A DNA stretch of 64,000 nt from Octopus vulgaris (GCA_951406725.2 OX597828.1:55056001-55120000); one strand, 5' to 3'. Counted from the stretch's first letter, positions 13,771 to 29,108 are shown. Translations and numbers: made by a program. Notes: generated by a model not told the origin, from the letters alone.

Positions 13771-14192
13771 TAAATATAGTGTTTGGTAACAGAGAAGTTC
13801 AATAGTGTGATGAGAATATTTGGGAAAATTTGGCAGAAAAGGATAAAACAAATATATTATTGGGAATTGGTTGCGTTAATTGTTGGTTGTCGCAAATTGT
13901 CACATTACATGTATATATATATACAATCTTTGGTATATATATACAGCCTTTTGACAGCAAAAATTAAAATGGATTTTTTATACATCTCAGAATATTTTAA
14001 GTACAAGGCGAGAATATGTTTTTACTGACCTGTCGGTATTAGCAGAAAGGCTGAACTGAGAGAACAGAGGAAGTAGCCAATGTGGTGTATACTTCCCCTT
14101 TATGCATGAATGATTTTGGGGTTATCAGGAGGTTAGTATGCGGGTGTGAATAGATGTGTTCGTGCCCATTGGTCAGATAGCGTCTGTTTGTC

Positions 14193-14236
<44 letters not shown>

Positions 14237-14322
14237 CAACAACACACACACACACACACACATAGTAAACAAACACACACCACATACAAACAACACACAC
14301 ACACACACAGAACACACCCACC

Positions 14323-14466
<144 letters not shown>

Positions 14467-14469
14467 CAT

Positions 14470-14640
14470 ATATATATCTTTTTTATTCTCTCTGTTTCTT
14501 TCTTCGTGTTACTTTCTGTTGAAGAGCGTAGGCCCGAAACGTAAAATACTTTCTCACCTTCCTGAGTGTCAAACTAATAGACTTGCTTGTTGATTATACA
14601 CCTATCTTCGTCTTTCGTTTTTCTGTAAATTTCAACTATT
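14470..14640 (+). mobile_element. Short repeat with minimal hammerhead (family B)
   Basis: ttt-CTGTTGA-a-GAGC-gtag-GCCC-GAAAC-GTA-aaa at 14513-14546; lies between (TA)n tracts. Confidence 0.65.
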
Positions 14641-14717
<77 letters not shown>

Positions 14718-16070
14718 GGAAGGAACCTAGATAGAAAATACACCTTGAAGTAAATATCAACAGTCTACGCCGACATATTGCATGGTTAACCACGATAATA
14801 ATATTCAAAGGGAATCAATGACACCTGTCACCAATTACAACTTATGATGTGACTCTCCACACCAAAATCATGAGGGATGTCTAGAAACTGAAAAGTTCAA
14901 ACTCAATACTCTTAGCGAAAAACTTCACTATCATAAGAAAACGTTTTAGCTTCTAGTCCATCAGTATTTTACCGGGAGATGACGAAGGAAAACATTATCG
15001 TTAAGGAAGCCCCTTCTGGACAAGTTCTAAGATGAAAAGAGAGATTTCAATCTTAATGTACCGTGGCTGATGTTAACGTGTTTAACTGACATATTAAATC
15101 AGACTACATTCGTTTACGCAATCTATGTGGGCGTGAGGTGAAACCAACGACTTCATAGGTTGGTTACAAGTGAAAAGCAACTAGAATTGAGATACCTGTA
15201 CAACACCGTGTGCATAGATAGACAGGCATTTGCTCGAGGAATTGATATAAAATTCAGGTTAGAAGAATGCGCTGAGGCAACCTTGAGGGCAGGAATATTA
15301 ATTAAAACCGTAAATACATTGTTAGATAAAGAAATAGAGATGAGAGAAGTATACTAAACACAAACATGCAATTACATTGGAATTATGAATAACACAAAGT
15401 AAAAATCAAATGTCAAAACCAAATATAAAAAAGGGAATATCATAGCTTACTAAATTAATACTATAAACAGCAAAATGTAAAAAATCTAAAACGGAATAGA
15501 TTGACAATATTTAAGCTGTTCCTGTTATAGTTATAATACTTTCAAGTGGAATGTAATTAAATAAAACCGGAAACCATACGTGCAAAAATTGCATTTTGAG
15601 TAAAACACCTATAGTTTATGTTAAGGTATGTTTAAACACCGCCATGCTCGAATGTCTGTGATACGGTGATTATAGCCGGTTATATCAACACTGAGGCATA
15701 ATAAACTTAGATAAACTTAGATATGTTTCGACCAAAGATTGGTCCAGGCCATGTCTAACTTAATAGCACCACTTGTACTCTGGGGGTAATATTTTATCAT
15801 CCTCTTCTTGTCGAACTACAAAATTAATGAGTATAAAAGGACACAGTGTTATAGTAATATATGTTTTTAAATCTAATGTATGCATACGAATTGTCATGCT
15901 GCTTTCCTACTTCAGTCATTTGAATATTCGGCAACGTGAAACTCAGAATTACGGTTCCTGGAGCTTCACGTTTTACTAAAATATTATACACACTATATAG
16001 TGTGTACAAAATGCAAACATTCACCAATCTATACACACACACACATACGAACATACACACACACATATGC

Positions 16071-16108
<38 letters not shown>

Positions 16109-16195
16109 AACCTTGTCCACCAAACAACCACAGCCACCAGGCAAACGAAAACTGCCTTGCCTGCCCAAATAATAATAATAATAATAATAATAATG

Positions 16196-16261
<66 letters not shown>

Positions 16262-16263
<2 letters not shown>

Positions 16264-18831
16264 CCCCATGGATTGACAGAATATCTACAGAACTGGACCC
16301 CTTAGAAGAGCAAAAGTGGGAGGGTGTCAAGGTAGAATATATAAGATCTGCTCTCAGGAGGTCAAGCAAATGGAAGTCTCCAGGAAAGGATAAAATTCCT
16401 AACTTCTGGCTGAATGCCTACCCAGAGAGCAATCAACTGCTAACACAACTGTAAAATGATGTTTTGCAACACCCTAGTAGGATGCCTCCTTGGCTAGTTA
16501 ATGGGTTAACATTCCTGCTTCCAAAAAGTGAAGAAACAAATGAACCAAAAAACTATAGACCCATAACCTGCTTAACAACTATGTACAAAACACTAACTGA
16601 CGGAATATACCTATAGTTTTTTAACAGACAGCAGCATATTCCCTAATGAACAGAAAGGATGTAAACGTGGATCCTACGGCTGTAAAGACAAACTACTCAT
16701 CAATAAGATGATCTTAGAAGATTGTCACAAACGGCACAAAACTTATCAATAGCCTGGATAGACTATAAAAAGGCTTTTGATAGCCTACCACATAGCTGGA
16801 TTAGGAAATGCCTGGAAATGTATAAGATAGCACCTACTCTGCGAAACTTCTTGACTGTAAGTATGAGATCATGGAGAACCACACTAACTCTGAACAGTGA
16901 CAATGAATCCCTAAATGCTGGTGATGTAAACATTTCGTGTGGCATTTTCCAGGGTGACTCACTGTCACCACTCCTCTTTTGTTTATCCTTAATACCTCTC
17001 TCAAAGCTGCTCAATGACGCGCAGTACGGGTATAAAATGTTTGATAAAAATATAAATCATCTCATTTACATGGATGATTTAAAGCTTTTTGCAAAAAATG
17101 ACCAACAATTCAAGGGCTTACTAGCGATAGTCAAACAATTCAGTGACGACATCAGAATGCAATTCGGCCTCGATAAATGTGCAAAGGCTACCTTTATCAA
17201 AGGAAAAATGACAGAAACATCTAACGTTAACCTTGACCAGCAGAATGTCATAAAAGAACTAGACCCAGCGGAGAGCTACAAATACCTAGGGGTAATTGAA
17301 GGGAACGGAATAAGGCATTCAGAGATGAAGGAAAGGATCAGGAGAGAATGCTATCGAAGAGTGAGAGCAATACTCAAGACAGAGCTGAATGCAAGAAACA
17401 GGATCGAAGCGATCAATGCATTAGCCATACCAGTCATGACTTACAGTTTCAATATCGTTAACTGGTCAATTACTGAAATATGTCAGCTCGACAGAAAAAT
17501 AAGGAAACTGTTGACAATGCATAGAATGCACCACCCTAAGGCAGATACAGAACGACTCTATCTGCCAAGAAAAGAGGGAGGCCGTGGTCTTTTGCAACTG
17601 GCAATAACAATGAAGATTGCTACAATTGGCCTAGACACCTACCTGAAAAAGTCTGAGGACTGGATGTTAAAACTTGTCTCAAAACATGAAAACAAGAAAG
17701 CATCATACTCAGTCACAAAACAGGCAAAGGAATATCTAAGTGAATTCCGAATACAACCAATTTCGGAATTAGAGATAGATATACAAGAAACAAGCACAGA
17801 AAAAGCTAGGCGCATGAAAACCCGTGCCAAAACTGCGGCCTTAGATATTCTGAATAATAAATGGCAAGAAAAACCTCTCTATGGCAAATACCCAAAGAGA
17901 GCGAATAATGCAGATATCGACAAAGCCCTGACCCATCAATGGCTAATGGCCTCTGGCTTAAAATATGAAACAGAGGGGTTTATCATAGCAGCTCAAGATA
18001 AATGCCTACCAACAAGAAACTACCAGGCCAACATATTAAAGAACGGCAGTAGCCCAACATGTCGTGTATGCCGACAACAATATGAAACCATTGACCATGT
18101 TGTCTCCAAATGCAGTCTTCTAGCGCCTACAGAGTACCTCAGTAGGCATGATAGAGCAGCACAATATATTCACTGGGTAATTTGCAAAAACCTGGATTTG
18201 CCCCATGAAAAAAACTGGTGGGAACACAATCTACCTCCTGTGCTTGAAAATGACCACATCTCACTCCATTCAAACTGACAGGAAGATAGATGCAAATAGG
18301 CCAGACATTATATTGAAAGACTTCAGACAAAGAACATGTCTCCTCATTGATATGACTGTCCCAATCGATATAAACGTATTTGTCAAGACCTACCAAAAAC
18401 TGAGCAAATATAAAGATCTTGAAATAGAAATCAGCAAAATGTGGAAGCTGAAGACTAAAACAATACCTGTTGTCATAGGTGCCCTGGGAATGATAGCGAA
18501 AGGGACTGATTGCTACCTAACTCAGATATCAGGAAACCCCAAAATGGCAGAAATTCAAAAGATAGTGCTCATGGGAACTGCTCATATCCTACGCAAAATA
18601 CTCTCTATGTAATCCCAAGGTTTAAAACAAACTTTTTTTTATTTATTTTTATTTTTTTAATTTTTTAATTTTTTATTTATTCATTTTTTATTTTTATGTA
18701 TTAGACATTCACTAGTACAACACACAACCCCCCCCCAAAATATATGGCACAGAACTTCCAACCTGTTGTCTCTTGAGGTCTCTGGGTGAGACTTGGAGCC
18801 AACTTGTACAGACATAAAGCAAAAGTCAAAC

Positions 18832-18835
<4 letters not shown>
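16262..18835 (+). mobile_element. R4/Dong-type non-LTR retrotransposon (RT + CCHC + RLE), 5'-truncated, frameshifted
   Basis: Motifs WIDYKKAFDS, GIFQGDSLSP, HLIYMDDLKL, CRVC..ETIDHVVSKC, RHD..HW, RPDII, KLSKYKDL. Embedded in (TAA)n on both sides, the known Dong target. Confidence 0.93.
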
Positions 18836-18900
<65 letters not shown>

Positions 18901-18939
18901 TGATGATGATGATGATGATAATAATGATAACAATAATAG

Positions 18940-19671
18940 TCTGAGAATGGTCTAGAGGCTGTGATAGAACATGAGAACTAGAAGGTCTTGTGGAACTTCG
19001 TTATAAAGACTGACTAAACTTTTGAGGCAAGACATGATTATAAAGGACAAAATAAACAAATATTGATAACCAAACAGATTTTAAAATTCCCTATGATAGG
19101 GGGATTCGATACAAAAATAAATCGAAAAAGCAAACAAAAAAAAAAACGGGAGGTATCAGGATCTGATCAGAGAGCTGGGGAGACTGGATGACTACGGCAA
19201 CAATTATTTCTGTAGTAAATGGTGCACTTGGCACAACCCCCAAATGCTACCTAAAAGACTGAAAGAAATTGAAGCTTGCATTATCGACCAGCAGAAAACT
19301 ACCAACCTATATTCCGCAAGAACCCTAAGAGAGATTCGGGAGATTTGAGGTGAATTCTTGTCACCAATCTTCAAAATGAAATGTTTGCTGACTAAATTAG
19401 CATGCACTAGAGTAATAATGATAATAATAACTTCTACTATAGGCACAACGCCTGAAATTTTGGAGTGGGGGCTAGTAAATTATATCGACCCCAGTACATA
19501 AATGGCACTTAATTTATCAACCCGAAAGGCAAAGTCGACCTCGGCAGAATTTGAACTAAGAACGTAAAGACGGACGAAATGTCACTAAGCATCCTGTCTG
19601 ACGTGCAAACGATTCTGCCAGCTCGCCGTTATGATAACAACAAGAACAACAACAACAACAACAACAACAAC

Positions 19672-19732
<61 letters not shown>

Positions 19733-20210
19733 GACAGTATTATTACTTAGATACTCAGCAGCTTTTGTAGACTGGACAAAATCTGATTTAGCAAAACTAG
19801 ACAGAAGAAGTAGGAAAGAATTCAATATGGATAGAGGGCTCCACACAAGGGCAGGAGTAACAAGATTATACTTACCTAGAAAGGAGGGTGGAAAAAGGGT
19901 AATATCAGGAGAAGACCGCGTGGATTTTGCTAGAGTAGATAATAATAGTAATAAGATATAGCCGCCTATGTGGGTAATAGTGAAGAAAATTTATTATGAG
20001 CTGCTAGAGTCGCAGCAAGACACAAGGAAACCAAAAAGCCAAATGAAGTTAAGAACCAGAAAAGAGGACAAAACTTTTCTTACTGACAAGAGAAGCTTTG
20101 CATGGTAGATTAACAAAGACAGCTGCAGTGAATAGTAGTGGTGAGACATGATTATGGTTGCAGAAATAAAGGCTCAAAAGAGAGACACAAAGTTTGTTAG
20201 TCGACTAAAA
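18940..20210 (+). mobile_element. Degraded R4/Dong-like fragments, with a SINE at ~19430-19630 (-)
   Basis: Remnant LYLPRKEGG and RLE-region similarity; bordered by (TAA)n. Confidence 0.6.
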
Positions 20211-20309
20211 GAAGAATATCGTTTGTGGCCGGGTAACGCCAACTCGGACCCCGCCGTGATTTTAAACGAAGCATGGGTTATGGCGGAGTACACGGACACA
20301 AGCGATTAT

Positions 20310-20657
20310 GAGGTGGAAAATTGACCAGAGGTTGAAAAACCGCAGTGTTATAATGTGTAAGAGGCTCAGCGCCTCATTTGTAAAAGGACTAGTGTTGATT
20401 GTATATTGAATATTTCATTGCATATTATTGCATGCTATTGACTATTAAGTTCAATTATTGTAAAATCTGTAATAAGATGTTCAATACCTCGTTGAGGTGA
20501 AAAATTGACAAGAGCCTCAGTGTTATAAAGTGTAAGAGGCCCAGCGCCTCATTTGTAAATGGACTAGTGTTGATTTTATATTGAATATATTTTGCATGAT
20601 AATATTTGTAATGGACTATTAAGTGCAAAAACTGTTGTGAGAGGTTCAATACCTCGC
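20310..20657. repeat. Two-copy tandem repeat, unit ~170-185 bp
   Basis: gaggtg.aaaattgac..cagtgttataa.gtgtaagaggc.cagcgcctcatttgtaaa.ggactagtgttgatt..gttcaatacctcg occurs twice. Confidence 0.85.
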
Positions 20658-20832
20658 TTTGTTTATTCTGTTAAAAAAAAAAGAACAATGTTTTAGAGAA
20701 GAAGAAAATCGGGGGGCGTTTCTGCCTTCTCGCATCAATATCGTCCTTATATCATCATTCACCTCGTTAATGTATATTTCCAGCCCGCAGCTACTCTTTG
20801 TAATGCCTTTATGGCAAATTTTTATGAAATAA

Positions 20833-20974
20833 AGTAGCCTACTTACGAACCAGATGGTTCCAGGTTCAGTACCACTGCGTGGCACCTTGGGCAAGTGTCT
20901 TCTACTATAGCCTCGGGCCGACCAAAGCCTTGTGAGTGGATTTGGTAGACGGAAACTGAAAGAAGCCCGTCACA

Positions 20975-21036
<62 letters not shown>

Positions 21037-21250
21037 TGTTTGTGTGTCTGGGTTTGTCCCGTCCCCCCCCCAATATCACTTGACAACTGATGCTGATGTG
21101 TTTACGTCCCCGTAACTTAGAGGTTTGGGCAAAAGAGACCGATAGAATAAGTACTAGGTTTACAAAGAATAAGTCCTGGGATCGATTTGCTCGACTTAAG
21201 GTGGTGCTCCAGCATGGCCACAGTCAAATGACTGAAACAAGTAAAAGAGT
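20833..21250 (+). mobile_element. Abundant SINE (57770 family)
   Basis: Direct similarity along its length. Confidence 0.88.
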
Positions 21251-21475
21251 ATACATATACATATATATATATATACTTACATATATATATAATACATAGA
21301 CACACATACACACACATATATATACAGATGCGTGTGTGTGTGTATACATATGAGTGTATACGTGAATGTATGTATATACTATGGCAGCTACTACTGATAT
21401 GAAAATGAATGAGTCCCAAACAGTCTCAGGATATTGTTATATTCTTTACTCTGTGCTATCAACTGGCATACATAC

Positions 21476-21529
<54 letters not shown>

Positions 21530-22904
21530 GGATAGCTATAGATATGTATACACACACATGCTCACATATGTATGTACATAATACACGTACATATACGCAC
21601 ATGAACACATATACATGTGTTCATGTGCGTGTGTGTACGGTGCTGAAATCTAACAGCCATCCTCTTACATAAGCTTATAAAATGTTAATTTACTTTCAAC
21701 AAAAACAAATAAGTATAAATCAAAATGTCCTCATCTTCACCTTAATCTCCGTGGTCGTGTTTTTTGTCATTGTTAGCTTTAGTAGCATTAACGAACATTG
21801 ATGAATAATTATTTAAAAAAAAAAAATAGAAAAGGATAAAAAAAAAACGAAAATGAAATAAATGAAAGATGAAAGGAAAATAGCGACGGTCTGAATGAAT
21901 GAATGAATGAAGGAAGGAAGGGAAGAAGGAAAGGAGGAAGGAAGGAAGGAATAAAGGAGATATTGTAAAGAGGGGCTGATTTATTGAATGATTCAGTGAA
22001 TGAGATGAAGATAATAAAAGGCGTAAGATGACGAAAGCAAACCCTACGTGTCTAGGTTTGTGGGTGGCCTTCGCAAAATGTACATATTGCAATAGGTTTC
22101 GGCTTTATTTCATGCTACGCACAGAGTGTCTAGACAAGCAATAACCTGGAAATTGGGTCCAATAGTAAAAGAAAAAAAAACAACAATTACTGCTACAACA
22201 AAAGAAGAATCAAAACAACAGGGACAATAACAACAACAACAACAACAACAACAACGAAAATAGCATGAGAAAGACAACGACGGCAGCCACTCAGAATTAG
22301 AAATATTTCATCAAAGCATCATCAGAAACATGAAAGAAAGCAACAATAACAACAACAACGACGACAACAACAACAAAAGCAATAACAAAAATAACTGCAT
22401 AATGACAGACTTTCGAAACAACAATAACAGTAACAGCAACAACAACACAAACAACGGCAGCTTCAACGAAAATAATAAGGGTAATGATGCCGGCGAAAAA
22501 CATGAAGCAACACCAAACTAGAGATAATCGAATAAAACAAGAACAACAACAACAACAACAACAAGAACAGAAACAACAACAACAACAACAGCAATAGTAG
22601 AAGCAGACCAGCATCCAACAACAGTAACAGAGACATCAGAAACAGCGATCAACAGCAACAACGCTGGTAACAACAACGACATCAACAACAATAATAACCA
22701 CAAGACCAACATCGGCAGTCACAACAAACAGAAATTGAACAGCAACAAGAATAACAAGAATAACAATAAGAATATCCAATTAGCAATAGCTAATTAAGGA
22801 ATCAACATCTTTAACTGGAATCCTACGTCTCGCAAGAAATAGTCGCCAAATCTCCCTCAAATTGCGTCCTACCATTTTAAAGAAAGAAAGGACATACTGT
22901 ATAA

Positions 22905-23245
22905 TGCTGAGACCCCCTTCGGTCAAGACTGACCCTGGGACTGCACCTAGAAAGTTACCCTTCAAGGCACAAGTCCGGGCAAGGTTGTTTATGGAAGACC
23001 AGCAGTCGCCCATGCATACCAGCCTCCCCTCTCAGCACCACTGATGTTATCCAAGGGAAAGGCAAAGGGGCCGATACAGCTCGGCACCAATGACATCGCA
23101 GCTCATTTCTACAGCTGAGTGAACTGGAGCAACGTGAAATAAAGTGTCTTGCTCAAGGACACAACACGCAGCCCGGTCCGGGAATCGAACTCACAACTTC
23201 ACGATCGTAAGCTCGACGCTCCAACCACTGAGCCATGCACCTTCA
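22905..23245 (-). mobile_element. tRNA-derived SINE with probable RTE-type tail
   Basis: Minus strand tggctcagtgg / gttcgattccc boxes and gtgtccttgagcaagacac core. Confidence 0.8.
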
Positions 23246-26200
23246 CTGGATAATGTAGTCCTTGTCATATCATTAAAAAAGACATGATGGTCACAGATGG
23301 AATCTGTTTGGTTATAGGTTTGTGCGATCAGGTTTGACTTTGGGTTAAACACCACCACCACCGCCAACACCGCCGCCGCTGCCACCACTACCACCACGCC
23401 GCCGCCGCTGCCACCACCACCACCACGCCGCCGCCACCTCTACCACCACCACCACCACCATCATCATCAACAACATCGGTTATAATGATGAATATGGCGA
23501 TGAAAATCATATGATGATGGTGTTGGTGGTGGTGGAGATGATGGTGCTAATTATGGTGGTTTTGGTGGTAGTGATTATAACAATGCTGATGATGTTGGTG
23601 TTAATGATGAGGACGATGATAACAACGATGACAATGACGAGAACCTCGGTCGACGACCATATATAATGATACCGGTAGCAACAAGAGATAAGTTTTCATT
23701 TCATTTGATGACCGTGTTATTTCAAGGCTTGATGTCAATGTCGTGGACATGACCCTTTAACCACTGGATATCTCTACCGCCATCTCCTCTTTTATTCGCC
23801 ATATCGATCATTCATAATTTAACTATTCCATTCTGAAGCAGTTTAATTTATCTATTACTTCTATTTCAGCATCTTCTATTAAATTATCTCTAGATCTCTC
23901 CCTGTCTATATCACTCTCTAAATGTTAAATTAAGATTACTATTCTAAAGCAAACGTAAGAATATAAAACAAAGCACTTATCGATAGACAGACCCAATACT
24001 TAGCATAGAACCAAATTTATTTTTATACTAGTGTGGAGTGGGACTTTATTTCGCTTGACAATTTGTTCAACCAGCCTGTTGGGTTGAACAGGTTGCCAAG
24101 TGTTACAAATCTTTATTTCTTATTCTGATTATGCACATATATATATTTCTTTATTGCCCACAAGGGGCTAAACATAGAGGGAGCATACAAAGACAGACAA
24201 AGGGATTAAGTCGGTTACATCGACCCCAGTGCGAAACTGGTACTTTATTTATCGACCTCGAAAGGATGAAAGGCAAAGTCGACCTAACGTTTCTGCCAGC
24301 TTGCCACATATATATGTGTGGAAAAAAATTAATGTTGCAATGGCAAGTTGTGGAACGTACTGGCTTGACCAACTGAAAGTGTGTAATTGCTAACCTGCAA
24401 TTCTTTTCCAAGATTGGAGATATTCAGTAGCATCTGAATTACCGAAGACTAAGTTCCCAGGACTAGCACTGCTCACCTCTAAACAAAGCTTGCCAAAATC
24501 TGGAACTGGCCATCAAATCTGCAACAGGCGACTGACCTCCTCTGATGGATTCCATGACCCCATCCAAGAGATTTACAACTTTCCAAGAAATTGCAATATT
24601 TGGAGACAGCTATGCTAGGAAAACAATGAATTTCGTAATTCTACAAAATCAGCGACGAGGCGTATGTGATCATATTAAGCGACAATAATTTATGTGTTCT
24701 AATGAATTAATTAACTAACCAAGTAATTATAATGCTTTAAATACTATTATGGGATGGTGTAAGAAAATTAAATGATTCTTTCGGCATTAAATCACGTTTG
24801 TTTGTTTTTTATTATAAAGGCTCATGGAGACTTAGATTTAAATTTTTTGCTGATTGGGGATGGGGGGTGGGGATAGATGTTTTCTAGATGGTTCCCAAGC
24901 AATGGAAAATCTTCTTAGAGAGATCTTGGCCATTGGACAGTGCTCACCGGTATTACCAAATATACCTGACACTGTTATTAAAGACCATATAACAAAACAC
25001 CCATTTTAACATGTCTCACTAACAGGGATACTATCACATCAAGGAAATGAGGTGGTGATGCGGTGGGGGTGGGGGTGGGGTACCATTCGGAATGCAAAGA
25101 TTTACTCTTCAAAGTCTAGAGAATGTGGTGCAAAGTTACACGAGTACTTATTTAAGCCCGTGTTCTGGGAATGATAAAACAGAGGAAGGGTAATTAGAAA
25201 AATAACACCTTATTGGTAGACAATTCAACCCCAAGAAAAAAAAGAAAATAGATTCGTCTGTAAGGGCATCAACATTCATGGGACCGTAATGTCCATTGGA
25301 GAATAAATATACACTGTAATAAGCAGAGCCACTAAGTGCTTAATATGGCCCCACACGTAGGTGCACACACATTCATACACGCACGTATTCGAAGGGACAC
25401 ACACAAGCATGTACACAAAAGAACCGCACAGATAAGTACATAATTACATGTTATGAAATAACACTAAATACCTGTGATTGAGCCTAACAATCCGGGTTGA
25501 CATGAAAAGGGGACACACACAAACAACAGAGAGAGAGAGAGAGCTATACACACAAACAAACAAACAAGCAACAATGATAATGTTAATAATATTTTTTTCT
25601 TCTTTCGCACAAGGCCAGGAATTTTGTGAACGATGTAAAAGTTGATTATATTCATCCAAATAGTGAGCTTATATTCATTTTATTGAGCCCACAACGACAA
25701 AGGGCAATGTTGATCTTGGCAAGATTCGAATGAATAAAATACACCAAGGGATATTGGTCACCACTTCACTGATTGTGCCTCTCCTATAATAATAATAAAA
25801 CCACCAACAACAACAAAAACAACGACAACGACAACAATAATCCTTTCTACTATAGGCACAAGGCCTGAAATTTTTGGGAAGGGGGATAAATCGATTATAT
25901 CGACCCTAGTGTGTAACTGGTACTTAATTTATCGACCGCGAAAGGATGAAAGACAAAGTCGAACTCGGCGGAATTTGAACCCAGAGCGTGAAGACAGACG
26001 AAAATACCCGTTTCTTTATTACCCACAAGGGGCTAAACATAGAAGGGGACAAACAAGGACAGACAAACGGATTAAGTCGATTACATCGACCCCAGTGCGT
26101 AACTGGTACTTAATTTATCGACCTCGAAAGAATGAAAGGCAAAGTCGACCTCAGCGAAATTTGAACTCAGAACGTAACGGCAGACGAAAATACCGCAAAA

Positions 26201-26248
26201 CATTTCGCCCGGCGTGCTAACGTTTCTGCCAGCTTTCTGCTAGCCTTA

Positions 26249-26349
<101 letters not shown>

Positions 26350-26371
26350 TAATAATAATAACAATAATAAC

Positions 26372-26436
<65 letters not shown>

Positions 26437-26449
26437 CAATAATAATTGA

Positions 26450-28130
26450 AGGGACGAAACCATTGACAATATTGAACAAAACCATTGCAAGTTGTGGTGT
26501 CATGATAAGGTAACGAAAGTGCTACATTGGAAACCGTACGAAAAGTTGGGGCTAGAGAGAGGCAAGGCGTAGGATGAGCACAAACCGCAGAGAGTGGTGG
26601 AGTCGGAGACATGCAAAATCCTCTGGGATTTCCCACTCCAAACAGATCAAGTGTTAGAGCGCAACAGACTCGACCCAGTGGTGGACACAGTGCACCACGT
26701 GTACTATACAGTTGATGATATGTGACCCTTTGACCCACGAATAGTCAAGAAAGAAGACGAAAAATTAAATATATACCATTCTCTTAAATACGAAATAGCC
26801 CGACAATGCAAAAATGAAAAAGGTGAAGATAGTGCCAATTATTGTTTGGTCCATGGGGAGAGTGTCAGAAGGCATCAAGAGGAATATAAAGGAAATCGGA
26901 ATTGAGTGCCCAGTAGAACTGTTACGAAATGTTTGCCATTTTGGCAAAGCCAAAATAATCAGAAAAGTATTAGATAGTTGAAAAGAAGAGATAGCATGGT
27001 ACTGTAGGCTGCAGGTAGCAAGCCCGCTACGCAAGCAAGATTCCAGAGGTTACAACAAAACCTGAGAATCATAGTAATGGCCTTATATAGAAGAGTATGA
27101 GAAACCTTTTATGAAACACTATCAAATGTTGGAGAACTGAACTGACTGCAGGGAATCAGGTATTAGGATTTTAATGCGGATGTTAAGATAGAATTCGGAC
27201 TCAAGAAATGTGGTGTAGAGATCCTGAAAAGAGACAAGGCACAGTTCCTGGAAGGGATAGAATTACCAAATAGGAAAGTAATGAAAGAAATTGAAAAAGA
27301 AGTTTATTAGTATCTTGACATACTAGAGTTCAATGAAATCATGGAGAAGGAAATGAAGGAGGAGTATTTCCGAAGACTATGATTGATTTTGCGCTCAAAA
27401 GTGACTGAATGGAATAAATTCCAAGCAGTAAATACATGGGCGTTAGCATCACATAGTTATGGGACTGGAATCATAAACAGGCAAAAGAATGAACTGATGA
27501 GTATGGATACGAACCATGGATATAGCTGACATTGAAAGGAGCATTTCACCTCAGGTGTGTCACTGATCGGTTGTACTTGTCCAGAAGAAAGGTTGGGAGA
27601 GGTTTGATCAGTTGTCAGGATTGTATTGAATCAGAGAAAGACAGTTTGGGGAGGAATGTAAAAAATGCCGTGGAACCATATTTGATGCAAGTGAAGAAAT
27701 CTGGCATCATGAACACTGATAATTGTGTTAAAAAAGAGAAATTTAAAGAGGTAAAAATCACGGAAAAAGTAATGCCCTGCAAAGGAAAAAAAAATGTACA
27801 GTCAGTTTCCAAGAGATACGATCGACAGGAAAGATACAGAAGGCCGATGGTTACGAATGTGGAAAAGTGACTCGAAGATAGACACAGAAGCACTTAAGAT
27901 GCGCGGCACATGAACAAACATTGAGAACAAATTATGTGATGTGCAGAATTGATAAAACAATTGAGAGTGACAAACGCAGAAAGTGTGGTGGGAGGGGTGA
28001 AACATTGTGGCACATTGTTAGTAAATATCCGAAATTGACAATGTGACTACAAGAGGTGTCATGACAATGTGGAAAGAGTAATCCATGGGGAGCTTTGTGG
28101 AATTTTTGGCCTAAAAAGATCAAAGTCCCT
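26450..28130 (+). mobile_element. Degraded R4/Dong-like retrotransposon fragments
   Basis: GAFHLRCVTDRLYLSRRKVGRGL, ETLWHIVS and the RLE tail are recognisable despite many stops. Confidence 0.75.
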
Positions 28131-28139
28131 GAGATTGAT

Positions 28140-28743
28140 GTCTGGATTTGAGGGAGGCTTTATCATCTTGTCCCCAAAACCGCTGAAATGGTCTTTGCAC
28201 CAGCTCTATATCAAATTGAATGTATGGGCTGGAGCCCCGTCTTGAATGAAAGTCAAATGATCACCAAAGGTTTCTTTGACCCAGGGTAACACTTTCTCAT
28301 CCAAAATTTCCACATAGACTTCACTGCTGACTTTGACACCAGAATCGATGAAGATCAAAGGAGACTTGAACCCATCGGATGCAAATGGGGCCCACACCAT
28401 GAATGAAGCTTGTTTCTAACGGCGACCTTCAGGCAAGTCCCGTCTATTACGTACATAAAATTCTGCCTGTTGGTAACTACCTCCACAGTGAAGATCATCT
28501 CCTCGGACCAGATCAATATTTTGTTAGTGGCCGGCTTCATCTCAGCTAACATGGTTTTACCCCTGTCGAGCCGTTTTGCTTTTCACGCCATGTTTATTTC
28601 CAAAACTGTTATAGACAAACGAAACAATAGACACATGAACAAAATACATATGCAAATGTTTAAGTGAAATGTAAATAATATTACCTGAACCGATATTCTT
28701 TTGGAAGTATTAAGCATGAGTAAATCTTTCTGGGGACACCCTG
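28140..28743 (-). mobile_element. Tc1/mariner (maT/DD37D-like) fragment with one TIR
   Basis: MVWA..SDG.KSPLIFI..GVKV..Y..IL..VLPW..FIQDGAPAHT; end cagggtgtcccc abuts TA/(TA)n. Confidence 0.8.
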
Positions 28744-28915
28744 TATATATATATATATATATATATACACGTATACGTTTTTATTATTTTTTTTGCAATT
28801 TACTTAATCATTGGTATTTTATTGCTATTTTGATTTTAATATTTCTATTTTATGTAATTTTCTAGATGGTGTAATTTAACTGTTCCTTTTGAATTGATAA
28901 AAGGTGTTTTTTTAA

Positions 28916-28946
<31 letters not shown>

Positions 28947-29046
28947 AATATATATATAAATATATAAATATTGTTTTGTGTGAAATTTGATTTAGTATTT
29001 CTGAATTGAATTTTCCCCCCTGTAAGTTAGGATTAATATTCTTTCA

Positions 29047-29108
<62 letters not shown>

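Noticed and set aside
15722-15750. Minus-strand GACCAA-tct-TTGGTC-GAAAC hammerhead half
   Set aside because: The CUGANGA core is missing, so it is too incomplete to call.
16722-18612. Active or domesticated reverse transcriptase gene
   Set aside because: It is 5'-truncated with upstream stops and a frameshift near 18260; a dead copy.
22128-22135. Smad palindrome GTCTAGAC (also 8209-8216) and CRE TGACGTCA (36225-36232)
   Set aside because: Attractive for follistatin, but single 8-mers are expected by chance in 64 kb.
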